From: the human T2T-CHM13v2.0 reference genome, Homo sapiens
DNA length: 64,000 bases
Assembly: GCF_009914755.1 (NCBI RefSeq)
Contig: NC_060930.1
Strand: one strand, 5' to 3'
In this document: positions 43,245 to 58,616 of the stretch, piece after piece
Position numbering within the stretch: the first letter of the stretch is position 1
Layout of the letters: each line of letters starts with the position of its first letter
Notes under the pieces: model-generated
What the model was told of the DNA's origin: nothing
Databases searched by the model: none
Seen by the model: the letters and a program-made list of their open reading frames with translations, nothing else
Position numbers and translations under genes: made by a program

Positions 43245-43725
43245 TCAGATTTAGTTTTCTTTTGCTGCTGTAATGAATTGTTACAAACGGAGTGACTTGA
43301 AACAACACAGATTGATTATCTTACAGTCTGTACATCAGAAGTCTAGTCTAATCCTGCTCTCCCTGGGCTACAATCAGGGTGTCAGCAGGGCTGTGTTCCT
43401 TCTGGCAGCTGTAGGGGAAATTCTCTTTCCTTGCCTTTTTCGGCTTCTGGAGCTATCTTGCAGTCCCCTCCCTCCATCCTCAAAGCCAGCGAGGCTCCGT
43501 GTCTTCCTTCCATCATCACACCTCCCTCTGCCCGCAGCCAGGAAGGGCTTTCTGCTTTTAAGAACCCATGGGATTCCCTGGGCCCACCTGGATGACCCAG
43601 GAGTTTCAGCTCAAGGCCCTTAATGTATCACAGCTGCAGAGTCCCTTTGGCACTATAAGGTAACGTGTTCACAGGTTCTGGGGATTAGGATGTGGATGTT
43701 TTTGGGGGAACGTTATTCTCCCTTC
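43245..43725 (-). mobile_element. MLT1 MaLR LTR
   Basis: TTGCTGCTGTAATGAATTG...TTGAAACAACACAGATT...CACAGGTTCTGGGGATTAGGA, an MLT1 in reverse. Confidence 0.65.
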
Positions 43726-43991
43726 CACATCCGGATTCTTATTGTTCCCTGTATGAAGCTGGACTTGAACTTCTGAAGACTTTTCTGCAGCGCTCTGAAG
43801 GGGGCTGTCCCGAGACAGTAGGAGGTGGGAGGGGATTATTTGTCTGGCTGACCACCGTGTCCATCACGGTTAATGACACTTGCCTCTTGCAGATGGGTCC
43901 GCCACCCAGCACAAAGACAGAGGCTTTGGGGAGACAAACCCAACTGCCAGGGGAGAGAGAGAGAATCCAGCCTGGAAGGCAGCATGGGGTT

Positions 43992-44099
43992 AGCTTCCCA
44001 GCTCCTCAGCTCCCGAGCCCCTCAGCCCCCCAGCTCCCCAGCTCCCCAGCCCCCCAGCTCCCCAGCTCCCCAGCTCCCCAGCCCCCCCCGGCTCCCCAG
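43992..44099 (+). repeat. Octamer tandem repeat (CAGCTCCC/CAGCCCCC)n, ~13 units
   Basis: Directly visible; the minus strand is (GGGAGCTG/GGGGGCTG)n. Confidence 0.9.
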
Positions 44100-46385
44100 A
44101 TGGCCCCAGGTAGGCAGAGATTGGGGCAGAGGAGACAGAGTGGACAGTGACTGGATTCAGTAGAGTATGGAAACAGGGACCTGTGTTCCTAGAGAGCAGG
44201 GTCCCTGGCCCAAGACTGAGGTACTGCTAGAAGCTTTTGCCCAGCAGGCTGGATGGGCCCAAAAGTGCCAGGCCAGGCTGCAGTCCTGGAGGGAACCTGG
44301 CAGGGTCAGGGCAGGGATGTGGTTACTTCCACTGGCATCATGTCAGGATGGAGGGGCAGCCTGCCAGCAGGGGGAAGAGTCTCTAATGCCAGGTGGGGCT
44401 GTTGCTGCTCTGTCCCCTCTGGGGCTAAATTGAGGGCCTGCTGAGCCATCCTTCATTTGCGGGGAGGAAAGGGAAGCAGAGGCTGGAGGCCAGGCTGAAT
44501 CTGACATCTAACTCAATTTCCTTCTCAGTGTGGGATAGTCCTGTCTCCTCCAAAGAAGATTTTAAAGTACATCAGTGTCCCCCTGCCCCCACCAAGATAG
44601 AATAATGGGAGTAATTACTGATGCTCCAGAAACAGCTTGAATAAGTACTCTTCCTTCTGGGCCAGGAAGACTGTGAAGATGTCTTATAAGAACACAGTTG
44701 ATTGTATCAAATTAAAATGTTTCTTATTTTGTAATACATTTTGCCATTCTTACTTATTTTCCATTTTTTGCTTAGAGAAAGGAATTCTGTCGTTATAATG
44801 ACTCCTCTGAAACGACGGCTTATTGCATCTCCACTGACCAGTACAAGAGAAGAGGAAAAGCTCTATGTGTCTGACAGTAAACATTAAGTGGGGATTTAGC
44901 TTGCTCATTTCCACGACATCCACAGTTAGGTTAATTCAGTCTCCAAAGAAAAATGATTTTACTTGAAATGTCTGGTCGTATACATGGATCAAAATAATTA
45001 AGACGTTTATGAAGCTCTGCAATTTTCTGGAGGGGACCTGCATGACTGTTTTCCAGAAAGTTATCAGATCTTGCTTTCCTGATTAGCAGCAGTTAGCGGG
45101 GTGGATAAAAGCACCCCTTCAGAGCAATCTCATTTCCATTTCTTTCAGGCCACTTATTTTTTCCAACTTTTTTTCCGTATCTTCATAAATGTTTCACTCT
45201 TCTTTGTTAGTATTTCTTAGTCTCTTGAGTCAAGAAATATTTACTGAGTATGATTGCATGCATAAGTAGTGTGCGTTAGAGATACGATACCTGTAAGACA
45301 CCACAGTGCTGGGTAGATCCGGGTGCCATTGTCTGTTGCCAGGGCCGAAGTTGGCATTTTGTAAGTGTTCGAATAAGCACCATGCCGTGGGATAAGAAAT
45401 AAAAGTGTGTGCCTCATCTGTCATCTGTAGTTGTGTATATATGCCCTGTCTTCGGGCGGGCTTAGGTCTCTTCTCATAATTTGTGCCTTTTTGCTCATAA
45501 CAGTCTGGTTTCAAAGACACAAAAACAGTTGTTGTTATTGTACTTAGATGAAGAATACAGAGCTCCTAGAAGGTTGATGAGTTCATGAAGAAGAAGGCTC
45601 TGGAACCAGGATCCCTCACCTTGGTGGACTTCCCACCACTGGAGCGGCTTCCCTGCCGGACCAGGGTTGACCCCGGCAAGGGCTCTCCCAGGCGCACATT
45701 CCTTTGCACATTGCAGCTGTTGGGAGACCGTACGTGATCTCACCATTCTCCATGGCCCCTTTCCATAGACCAGGCTGGCTGGGTGGCTCTGATCCTGATG
45801 CCCCACATGGCACTTTCTGCAGGTGCAGGTCCAAGGTGGGCCTGCAGCAAGGACTGGTCAGATTACTTTGAAAGGGGACAGGGAGGATGACATTTGGGGC
45901 AAGGAGAGTTTTACTCAGAACCATTTGTGTTGTCACCATCAGGGCTGGATTAAAACCTTTCAAAAGCCATCAACACTGAGAAGTGTATGGTAACCTCCTT
46001 CTCCATTACCATGTGTAATTTATATACTGAAATACATTGTGAACCATAACATTTCACTTTTCCCATTTGCAAAATTCTGAATAAATTCATTGAAACTGAA
46101 CTTTTTCTATTTTTTCTTGCCCCTTCCTGCTGCTTCCCTGGACCTTGGTGTGGTCCACGCTTGGGCAGCTCAGTGGAGGTCCCACTCACAGACAGTGGGA
46201 CAGAGGGATAGAGCCACACCACCAGCCACAGCTCTGCAGGCCTTTTGTGGTGACCCTCTCCCTGTGTGAGAAAGGCTGCTGTCACCTTCATCCTGAGAGC
46301 TGCTCCCAGCACTGTGCTCTGTTCCTGGGAAGGCAGCAGTGGGGTTGATGACTGGATAGCCCCTGCTGCACCCTGTACCTCCAAA

Positions 46386-46612
46386 CAGTGCCCTTCAAAC
46401 TTTTAAAGGGTGACCTACACCCTCTACATCCAGCAGCACATCATGGAGATCCAGGACACACACACGCAGAGAAAGGAAAATTTCATGAAACAACACTTAA
46501 TCTGACCATGTGTAGTGAACTCTATTCTATTCTACTCTATTGTTTATTCTAGAATATTTCACTTAAATAATGCTTTGATTTCATGACCCACAACCTGCAA
46601 CTTGGAAAACAC
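46386..46612. mobile_element. Probable hAT-Charlie-type DNA transposon fossil
   Basis: Termini CAGTGCCCTTCAAACT... and ...TTGGAAAACACT resemble Charlie TIRs. Confidence 0.4.
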
Positions 46613-47409
46613 TACTCCATACCCCAGTCCCCTGAGTCCCTCGCTGCTGCCCATGGATGTCAGGATGCCTCGTACTCTTGTGTTCACCCTGCTGTGCCTT
46701 CTGCTCAAAACACTCCTGCCCTATTCCAGCCACGAACCTATGAAATGCAAATAGCAGACGCCTTCCTGATGCCCCTGGCAGTAACCCTGCAGCGTTCCCC
46801 CAGGTCCCGCTGTCTTCCTTTGGCTCTGCCTCTTACCAGTGAGTGCCGGGCTCCCTGTGCAGCTGTGCACGCCTTTATCATCCCCTGGCCTGTGCACTCA
46901 CCAAGCCCAGAACCCTGTCTTATTGATCTTTGTCTCCTGTGCCTCTGGTACTAGTGTGTGGCTCACAGTGGGCACTAAATCAGTCTTTCTAGCACTGCAT
47001 TGAAAACAATATGCCCTTGAGTGGAGGAGACAGCCAAAACTTGCTGTTAAACCTAGGTGCATCCATTTCAGGGTTTCCATGTGTGGAGTGTTTTCATTAG
47101 CTGCCTTCATTATTTATTTATCAGATGCCAAAGCCTTGCCACAAGAAGCACTGATGTAACTTATCAGTAACCCAATGTTGAGATGTAGAGTTCAAAGATA
47201 AATAGAAACGTTGTTTCAAATAATGGACTCTAAAAAAAGCTTTTTTTTAGAAGCATAAAAATATGTAAAAATAGGCACTTTTCAAAATAATACTTTTTTC
47301 TTGTTAACTATCGTCAATCTTTTGGTACACTGTATGTAGAATGTTACTGGGTATACATACAGGCACCATTTTTCTTTATTTCTGATCATACAAGGGTTGA
47401 ACTGGTTAA

Positions 47410-47463
47410 AATGCCCTCATTTTATAGACGAAGAAACTGAGGCCCACGAGGCTGGATGACGTT
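47410..47463 (-). mobile_element. MIR core fragment running directly into the minisatellite
   Basis: CCTCATTTTATAGACGAAGAAACTGAGGCCCACGAGG matches the MIR core CCCATTTTACAGATGAGGAAACTGAGGCCCAGAGAGG. Confidence 0.7.
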
Positions 47464-48493
47464 GTGAGATGCGCACCTGCTGAGGTCACCCTGCAGTAGT
47501 GAGATGCGCTCCTGCTGAGGTCTCAGCTGCAGTAGTGAGATGCGCTCCTGCTGAGGTCTCACTGCAGTAGTGAGATGCGCACCTGCTGAGGTCTCACTGC
47601 AGTAGTGAGATGTGCTCCTGCTGAGGTCTCAGCTGCAGTAGTGAGATGCACACCTGCTGAGGTCTCAGCTGCAGTAGTGAGATGCGCACCTGCTGAGGAC
47701 ACCCTGCAGTAGTGAGATGCGCACCTGCTGAGGTCACCCTGCAGTAGTGAGATGCACACCTGCTGAGGTCTCAGCTGCAGTAGTGAGGTGAGCACCTGCT
47801 GAGATCACAGCTTCAGTAGTGAGATGCACACCTGCAGAGGTCACAGCAAGTGATATGTGCACCTGCTGAGGTCTCAGCTGCAGTAGTGAGATGCGCACCT
47901 GCTGAGGTCATAACTGCAGTAGTGAGATGTGCACCTGCTGGGTCACAGCAAGTGAGATGAGCACCTGCTGAGGTCATAACTGCAGTGGCGAGATGTGCAG
48001 CTGCTGAGGTCACACTGCACTAGTGAGATGTGCACCTGCTGAAGTCACAGCAAGTGAGATGCGCACCTGCTGAGGTCACACTGCATTAGTGAGATGTTCA
48101 CCTGCTGAGATCACACTGCACTAGTGAGATGTGCGCCTGCTGAGGTCACAGCAAGTGAGATGTGGACCTGCTGAGGTCATAACTGCAGAAGTGAGATGCG
48201 CATCTGCTGAGGTCACAGCAAGTGAGATGAGCACCTGCTGAGGTCATAACTGCAGTAGTGAGGTGCACACCTGCTGAGGTCTCAGCTGCAGTAGTGAGAT
48301 ATGCACCTGCTGAGGTCGCAGTTGCAGTAGTGAGATGCGCACCTGCTGAGGTCTCAGCTGCAGTAGTGAGATGTGCACCTGCCAAGGTCGCAGCGGGAGT
48401 AGTGAGATGTGCATCTGCTGAGGTCACAACTGCAGTAGTGAAATGCGCACCTGCTGAGGTCTCAGCTGCAGTAGTGAGATGCACACCTGCTGA
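47464..48493 (+). repeat. Minisatellite (VNTR), ~30 units of 31-36 bp, consensus GTGAGATGCGCACCTGCTGAGGTCTCAGCTGCAGTA
   Basis: Counted 30 GTGAGATG-type unit starts. Unit classes are 36 bp (TCTCAGCT/TCATAACT), 35 bp (TCACCCT/TCACACT) and 31 bp (TCACAGCAA). Confidence 0.97.
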
Positions 48494-48658
48494 TTGCTAG
48501 TCTGGGGCTTCCTCCACTTCATCCTCCCTTCTTAATGGGGTGAAGATGAAGTGGGATATGATGGTCCCTATCATCGTGTCAACAAAATATCTCTTCAGTG
48601 TGAGATTTTTTGGACAATTTCTTGTTTTACACTTTAATTCCTTTTTTGAGAAAAGTGA

Positions 48659-49054
<396 letters not shown>

Positions 49055-50103
49055 TGAACTGGACTTGTTGCATTGTACAATAAAAAATTATGCTAATTTT
49101 CACCAGAGTTCATGGATTTGGCTTTATTTTAGAGCACCTGCTCTCATTAAAGATGTTAGCACATCAAAGAAAATGTAAATTGAATTTCTAACAAGCACTC
49201 TTGGATGGGAAAGGGGTTTTAAACAGAATTTCTTTGTTTTGTCCCTTTCAGCAAATACTATTGTCATGCTCCACAAGCTGGAACAATAACCTACGAAATA
49301 ACCTGCTAGGTTATGAATGAAAGCATATATTTTGTGAAATTTGTGGTCATTTAGTTGGGTTGAAATGAAATAGTCACTGATGTTTATTTTCTTTATTATT
49401 TTCTTCAATGTTTTACCCTTACTCAACCTATGCACCTGGGAAAGGGGAAGGCTGCCAGTTGCTTTCTTCCTGTACCCTACCATGGACCCACAGCCCCTAA
49501 ACTCCAGTACAATTATTCCCTGCACTATTGTTCTCTGCCTTAAGCATTAGAAAAGGGTTTAGGGCCGGCCTGAGAACTCTGTCTTCATTTGTCACATTGT
49601 TTCTTTGGGAAGACACATTCCCAGTTTCAAACAACCAACCTACAAATTAACTTTAGGGGCTGCCTATTCACTAAAAAAGAAGGCTGATTTCTGTAGAGCT
49701 GATTAGCTGAGCAGAGCTCATTAGCTTAGCTTAGTTTAGCAAGTATGATCTCCTTAGCTAATGTGACACCATAACATAGACGCTGCCACCCACCGGTGTC
49801 AGGAAGCGTGAAAGGCAGTCCAGAAGTGGCAAGCCTCATGGACCCGCCTGCAGGAGGGCAGACCCACTGCGGCTGCTGCTAAACCAACACCAGCAGGTGC
49901 CTTGGCAGGTGCTGAGCATGGTGGGCACACAAACGGGAGGACTTTTCCCAGTGGGGCCTGCCTGCACAAGCCAGGTGCTGGCTAAGGGCTGGTAGCTTAC
50001 TTAACCCACACACTTCCCCCATAGTTGGTACTGTTATTAGTTCCATTTTACAGATGAGAAAACTCAGTGCCATATATCTTTGGAGTCTATTGTACAAAAA
50101 TAG

Positions 50104-50428
<325 letters not shown>

Positions 50429-51113
50429 GGAAAATGACTCTTTTCTGAAAAATAATTTATGTCCTCCTCAACTAATTCCTAGGGCCTTTATTCAACATCC
50501 TTTGCTTTGATAAGACTCCCCAGTGGTGACAGAAGCCTTAGTGGATACTTGGGAGTTGCTTTAGGGAGAGGGTCTCTCCTGTCTCTCTAAAGTGCCCATT
50601 TGAGGGGATAAAAATAGCTGTTGACCGTTTCCTAGCAATGAGTCAAGGACAGAAAGTCCCTGGGGCAGGTGGCACTGTGCTTGGTTCATAGATGCTGAAT
50701 GGAAGCTGGGTCCTTGTCTTTGGTTAGATAACTTGTTTTTAAATATATATTTTTTAATTTTGGAATATTTTAGATTTAGAGAAAAATGTTTAAAATAGCA
50801 TTACAAAACTTTTTAGTTTGCTTGTTTATATTTCAGCTCTTCCTCATAAGCTCTTTAGCCATTGACTATTTTCTTATTAGGAGTTAAGAGTTAATGAATG
50901 GATTCCTTATGCGCTACTGACATTTCAGGAAAAAGGATATGCAAGTAAATTAGAAGCAATGGGTAAGAAAAGCAGCCCTCCCAGGTCCCATTCAGAACAT
51001 TTACAGGGATGCCTTCAGAAGTGGTGGATTTCAACCTCAGTGGGTAAAGAGAAACAGGGCTGAAGCTCCCGTTTTATTTATTTTTTTCTGCTCATTAAAA
51101 ATATATATTCTAA

Positions 51114-51525
<412 letters not shown>

Positions 51526-54287
51526 GAGCTCAAAATTTTTTTTAAAAAAAATATTCTTTCCTCTTAAAGTCTGGAAATTTTGGTCAGAAAAACCTCTCCA
51601 AGGGTTGATATTAATAATAATGGTAATGATGATGTGGAAAATATGTTGTACTGTTAATAATAATCATGGTGCATTTTTGCATAAGCAACTGTATTTTGAG
51701 CAATGATTTACTCAATTATAAGTGATTCTTTATTATAATTGACTAACTGCTTGTCACTTTATAAGTGAGGCTCTAGTTAGCGCTTTGATGTAATGACTGG
51801 CCTTAAAAATAAAGTGCTATGCAAGCAAAGACATTTTGTCATGAATTTGTAATGATTTAGTGTGATGGAGCGGGTGTGCTAACATGAAGATTAAATCATG
51901 GATGGGCTATAAATGGGGAATTCTGGATGGTTATTCCCCATCCCCCACCCCTGCTCGGACCTCCCCAATTTTTCCATCTTTGTTGCCCCTTCTAAATAGG
52001 ATAATGCCACCCTTGACAATCATTTGTTTGAGTTAAACCTTGTCCTTTTGAGGGCATGCTTTTAAAAATATTAATTCCTAGCGGGAGAGGTAATGCATGA
52101 AGTTTATATCGTATCAGCTCCAGAGCGTGGATTAGCTCATCACTTTCCCACCAGGCCTGAGGCCCTGAACAGGAAGCTGCAGTTGGGGAGGGAGTGGGGT
52201 GATTCAGAGCTTGGAATCCTGGAGGACCGGGTGCTGAGAGGTGCACAGGAGGGAGAAAGAAGGTTGAAAGGATTTGAAAGTCGAAGGGATCCGTGTATCT
52301 GTTTGGCTATTCTTGAACATGTGATGTCTCCTCAGGTATTGCTATAAGTAGGATCATAATTCTCAGATTGAGGTTATGATGTTGATAGATTAGGACATTG
52401 AATCGTACCTTTGGTTGAATATGATTGCAGAAAAATATTATCTCAGAGAGCGCTGGATGGAATTTGGCTTGCTGAGCTAGTGGAGTATTCCCAGCTTCAG
52501 AAGAAATATCTGGTTAAGCCAGGGGTTCCCCAGCAGGGTTCTGACTGCTCCATTGCTAACTTATGGGGCACCTTCAGGTAAATGTAAGAAAGTCACTCCT
52601 TCTTCAAAATGGTTTATTTCTGCTGTCAGAAAATTATCATTATATACATATTTTTATTAAAATAAGACATTTCCCTCTGCTGGAAAAATTTCAAACTAAG
52701 GATCTAATTCCATGAGGTCTACAGTGTAAATGGTGCCGTTACTTGTAAAGCCCTTGTTCAGTGAACAAACCGCGCAGCTGAACATGCAGCCTTGCTTCCT
52801 TTTTCTCCAGTCCTCTCTTCTCCATTTCTTCAGCAATGCTGAGTCCTCACTGAGCTAATTGCCTGACATGCAGAAGAGCCTCTCTTTGTCTGCGGGTCAG
52901 AGAGGCAGTGAGAAGGGGGATAGAGTCTTGCTTGTCAGGCTCCAGCTACGAGGCATTAAGACATGCACCGGCTTTTATTTTAGCATTGCCGTTCTCAACC
53001 TTGGATTAGAAGTGCCCTGGATGTATAAAAGAATTTCTATAAATGTAATGGACACACATTATGGGCTAGGAATTTTATACGTCTCACTAGTCCTTACAAC
53101 AAATGACCCTATAATGTAGGTGGTTTCGTGGCTCAAAGAGGGTGGGTGACCAGTCCACAGCCGCCCACCTAGTAAGCAGCAGAACTGAGATACGGACTTG
53201 GGCTGCTGGGTTGCAGAGCTGCTGGCGTCCCTGGTGGGTTTCCACACCAGGCCACCCTGTAGCCCCGCCCCTGGGAAGGGAGTGAGTGGGACCCTGCCGT
53301 CCCCTTTCCTACATGGCCGCTGTGTATAGGCAGCAGCGCAGAGGTGGTCTCTGGGTAGGGAACCCTCTGCCTCCTAGGATTCATTGGGGATGAAAGTCGC
53401 AGCTGTTTTATACTCTTCTTAAATTTTGCTTTCCTGTTAAGCCAAGATTTACTGGACACAAGAAAACTTCCCAGCAGTCCCCTAGAAGGAAAACTAACTC
53501 TTGGTAGTCTTCCCATTAGCAAATAAAAGTCCCCAAATCATTTTTGTAGACTGCCCAAACCAAGGCACTTTTCATCTGAGAAGACACAGCAATTGTCTCA
53601 GCTGTAAAGTAAAAGAGAATTAAAAAAAGGTGGTCTCTTTTGAAAATTCCTGTTGGTGCTTTGGCCATGTGATTACAATGAAATTGGTGTGCCTTCATCT
53701 TCAAAGGGCAGAACTCGGTGCTTATATGTTCATTTCATTGTAGTCTGATGGGACAGACACTTCTTGTTGGCCTGTCCTCATGCTCCATATTTATTCCAGG
53801 TTGATTAGGATGGCATGTGAACTTAGAACTAAATAAACCTTGCTTGGATGGGTCACCTGGCTAAGTAAACTTACCATGAACTTCTCAGAAGTAAAATAAG
53901 CAGGAAGCAGGTTTTTAAAATGCGAGTCCTCTATGCTCTTTTAAGTGCTGCCGTGTTGCTAGGAAATAAGAAACTCTTTGTCCTCAAGAAATGATAAAGG
54001 ACAAATATAGAAGTAGACTCAAGAAGGAGTTAGCTATATTAATGACGATGAATCTTTAAGAAGTCATTTTGTGGGCAAGTTGTGATAGGTGGGCTATATC
54101 TCTGTTTTATACATCAGTTTTAGCTAGGATTAGGCTTTGCTGTAAATAATAGAAACCGCCCAAATAACAGAGGCTTAATCAAGAGAAAAGCTTATTTTTC
54201 TCTCACATAAAATGTCAGAGGTGGGCAGTACAGGCTGGCCTGGTGGCTTTGTCCACAAGATCTTCAGAGACCCAAGCTCCTTTCTGC

Positions 54288-54885
54288 TTTTTTTTTTCTT
54301 TAATTTATAAGTTCCGGGGTACATGTGCAGGATGTGCAGGCTTGTTACATAGGTAAACGTGTGCCGTGGTGGTTTGCTGGACAGATCAACCCATCACCTA
54401 GGTATTAAGGTCAGCATTCATTAGCTATTCTTCCTGATGCTCTCCCTCCACGCCCTCCAACAGGCCCCAGTGTGTGTTGTTCCCCTCCCTGTGTCCATGT
54501 GTTTTCATCGTTCAGCTCCCACTTCTAAGTGAGAACATGTGGTGTTCGGTTCTCTGTTCCTGCATTAATTTGCTGAAGCTCCATCCGTGTGCCTTCCAGC
54601 TCCATCCATGTGCCTGCAAAGGACATGATCTGATTCCTTTTTATGGCTGCATAGTATTCCATGGCATATATGTACCACATTTTCTTTATCCATTCTATGA
54701 TTGATGGGCATTTGGGTTGATTCCATGTCTTTGCTACTGTGAATAGTGCTGCATTGAACATACATGTGCATGTATCTTTATAAAAAATGATTTATAGTCC
54801 TTTCGATATATACCCAGTAATGGGTTTGCTGGGTCAAATGGTATTTCTGCTTCTAGATCTTTGAAGAATTGCCACACTGTCTTCC
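54288..54885 (-). mobile_element. 5'-truncated L1PA 3' end inserted in an MLT1 LTR (~54110-55200)
   Basis: ORF2 C-terminal MF.AALFT.AKTWNQPKCPS..EWIKKMWYIY.MEYYAAIK, L1PA 3' UTR and T-tail; imperfect TSD CTCC..CTGCTT. Confidence 0.9.
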
Positions 54886-55729
54886 TCCCTGCTTATAATT
54901 TCCTTATTCCCTAGGATGTGATCCTTGTTCTTGGGGCCTCACATGGCAGCTGGATCTCTGGCGATTGCATCTGAGTTCCAGACACCAGGATGGAAAAGAA
55001 AAGAAGGAGGGGCAAGAGGAACCCCCAGATGCTCCTTAAGAGCTACTGCGTGGCATTCCCACTTGCATCTCATTTGCTCGATCGCTGTCACTGTGCCCTA
55101 ACGAGCTGCAAGGACACTGGGGAAATGAGTCTGTCTTGTACTTCATGTGCCTCTCAAAATCTTCTGTTGCTGAGGGAGAAGAGGCCAGCCGGTATTGAGG
55201 AACAACTAGCACTTTCTGCTTCCGCGTCCCAGGGGGACGTGGGTGTGTTGAATCCACACCGGGGGTGCGGACCTCTGAGGCTGGGCTGGATGGGACATCA
55301 GGTGGGCCCTCTGTTTCATTTATGTGACCTCCCATCAGGTCTTCTGGTTGGATCCTGCTTTCTAGAAGCAGAGGGAGCAGCGGGTTACGTATGTTTGTGA
55401 CTCCTGCAGTTAGCATGCCTTCCCTCTGGCTCAACAGTGTAGGTAGTGTTCTCTTAGGTGACCTTTTCTGGTGAGGGGCTGGACAAGGGCGTGACTGCTC
55501 CCCTAGGTGCTGGGTGAATATGTTACTCGATAGATATTTACTGAGCACCAACGGTAAGTCAAGCTCTTGAGTAAAGTAGGGAACATACGCTATGCCAGGC
55601 CTCTGCCCTCGTGGAGCAGATGTTCTAGTGGGGAGGTTACATTGACTGGATGAAAGGGAGAATGCATGAATTGCACCCAGCCCTGTCATTTCCTCCTTCC
55701 TCTTCTTCACCTTCATCATGATCCCATGA

Positions 55730-56317
<588 letters not shown>

Positions 56318-56676
56318 TAGGGCTGGAATGTGCTATGTCATGGTAGTGCTATTTGGGTCCAGGGGAGACATAAAATTGGCTGGATTTGTTGCAGTGCATT
56401 TTGTATAAAAAAATGATTCTGAATGAAAAAGTAAGAATTGATGTGTAAAGACTTGCAGATCTTTGAGCCAGAAATAATTTTGAAAACAACAAGAACAACT
56501 CATTACCAACTCAATTATCTGGCACCTTAGAAATAATAGGCTATAAGATAAAAGCTAGTGCAGTTTAATGAGGAAGTAGTCACTTTAGGCTAATCTGGTT
56601 TCCTTGGAAGCTCCAAGGTTGTGGCAGATGAAGGAGGTGGTAGAGGTAAGCTTACCTGCCTTAGCAAGATATTTGA

Positions 56677-56988
<312 letters not shown>

Positions 56989-57204
56989 TTGATTCCATCT
57001 TTAACACCACAGACATCCGTTAGCTGGAGGAGATGGTCCAGGCCAGTGGCTCAGAAGCTGCAGTGGGTAAGGATTCCTTGGGCAGCTTTTGAATATGCCA
57101 TTTTCTGGATCCCACCTTAGATCGACTGAATCAGAATCCTAGGGCTTAGGGTGAGGTGGTAGGGGTAGTGATGAAACTTAGAACATGTGATTTATTAAAA
57201 GCTT

Positions 57205-57720
57205 TCAATGAATGAAAAAAAGCCAATCTCAAAAGGTTACTGTATGGTGCCATTTATATAACATTCTCACAGTGACATCATACAGAGATGGAGAACAGAC
57301 AAATGGTTGCCAGGGAGGAGAGAGTGGGGGTTGGGGGCTGTAAGGGCAGTAAGGAGAGCTCCTTTGTGTGGATGGGACAGAAATGCATCTCGATAAATCT
57401 GTGTGAGAAGATGTCATATAATTGTGCATAAGGATATATCAAATAAACAAATGCATGCAAAAACTCTTGCCATCAGGGTAGGATCTGTAGTCTAGCTCAT
57501 TGCCCTATGCAGCCAACCTCCTTTGGTTATGTGAGATGTCCCTCCTGGGGGAAGTTGGGTGCTGGTACTTTCTTACATAGAAGATAAGAGATGTGAAAAA
57601 AAGGTTAAGGTTAAGGAAAATAAGAAAACAAAGAGAGAAAGTAAAAGGTTGAGTACTCTCTGCACTATTTTTGGAGTTCCTTGTGAGTCTATAATTATTT
57701 CAAAATAAAATGCTAAAAAG
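57205..57720 (+). mobile_element. L1MC/MD-like 3' end, flanked by MER5-like pieces
   Basis: AAAAGCCAATCTCAAAAGGTTAC...GAGATGGAGAACAGA...GGTTGCCAGGG, typical of an L1M 3' UTR. Confidence 0.6.
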
Positions 57721-57847
57721 GACTTTCCTTCCTGCATGTTCATGGTAAAAAAAAAAAAAAAAAATTAAAGCTTTCCAGGCATCTCTGATGTGTGGCCACT
57801 GGTTTAGACCACACAGTCATTAGATATGTGTGCAATTGGTGCATTAG

Positions 57848-58616
<769 letters not shown>

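Noticed and set aside
47464-48493. CRISPR-like array or mucin-like repeat protein (TTAAETSAGAHL)n
   Set aside because: Units are head-to-tail with no unique spacers, there are no cas genes, and the context is eukaryotic. The 35- and 31-bp units break the reading frame.
49845-49865. CTCF-like motif CTGCAGGAGGGCAG
   Set aside because: About three mismatches in the core; not supportable without ChIP data.
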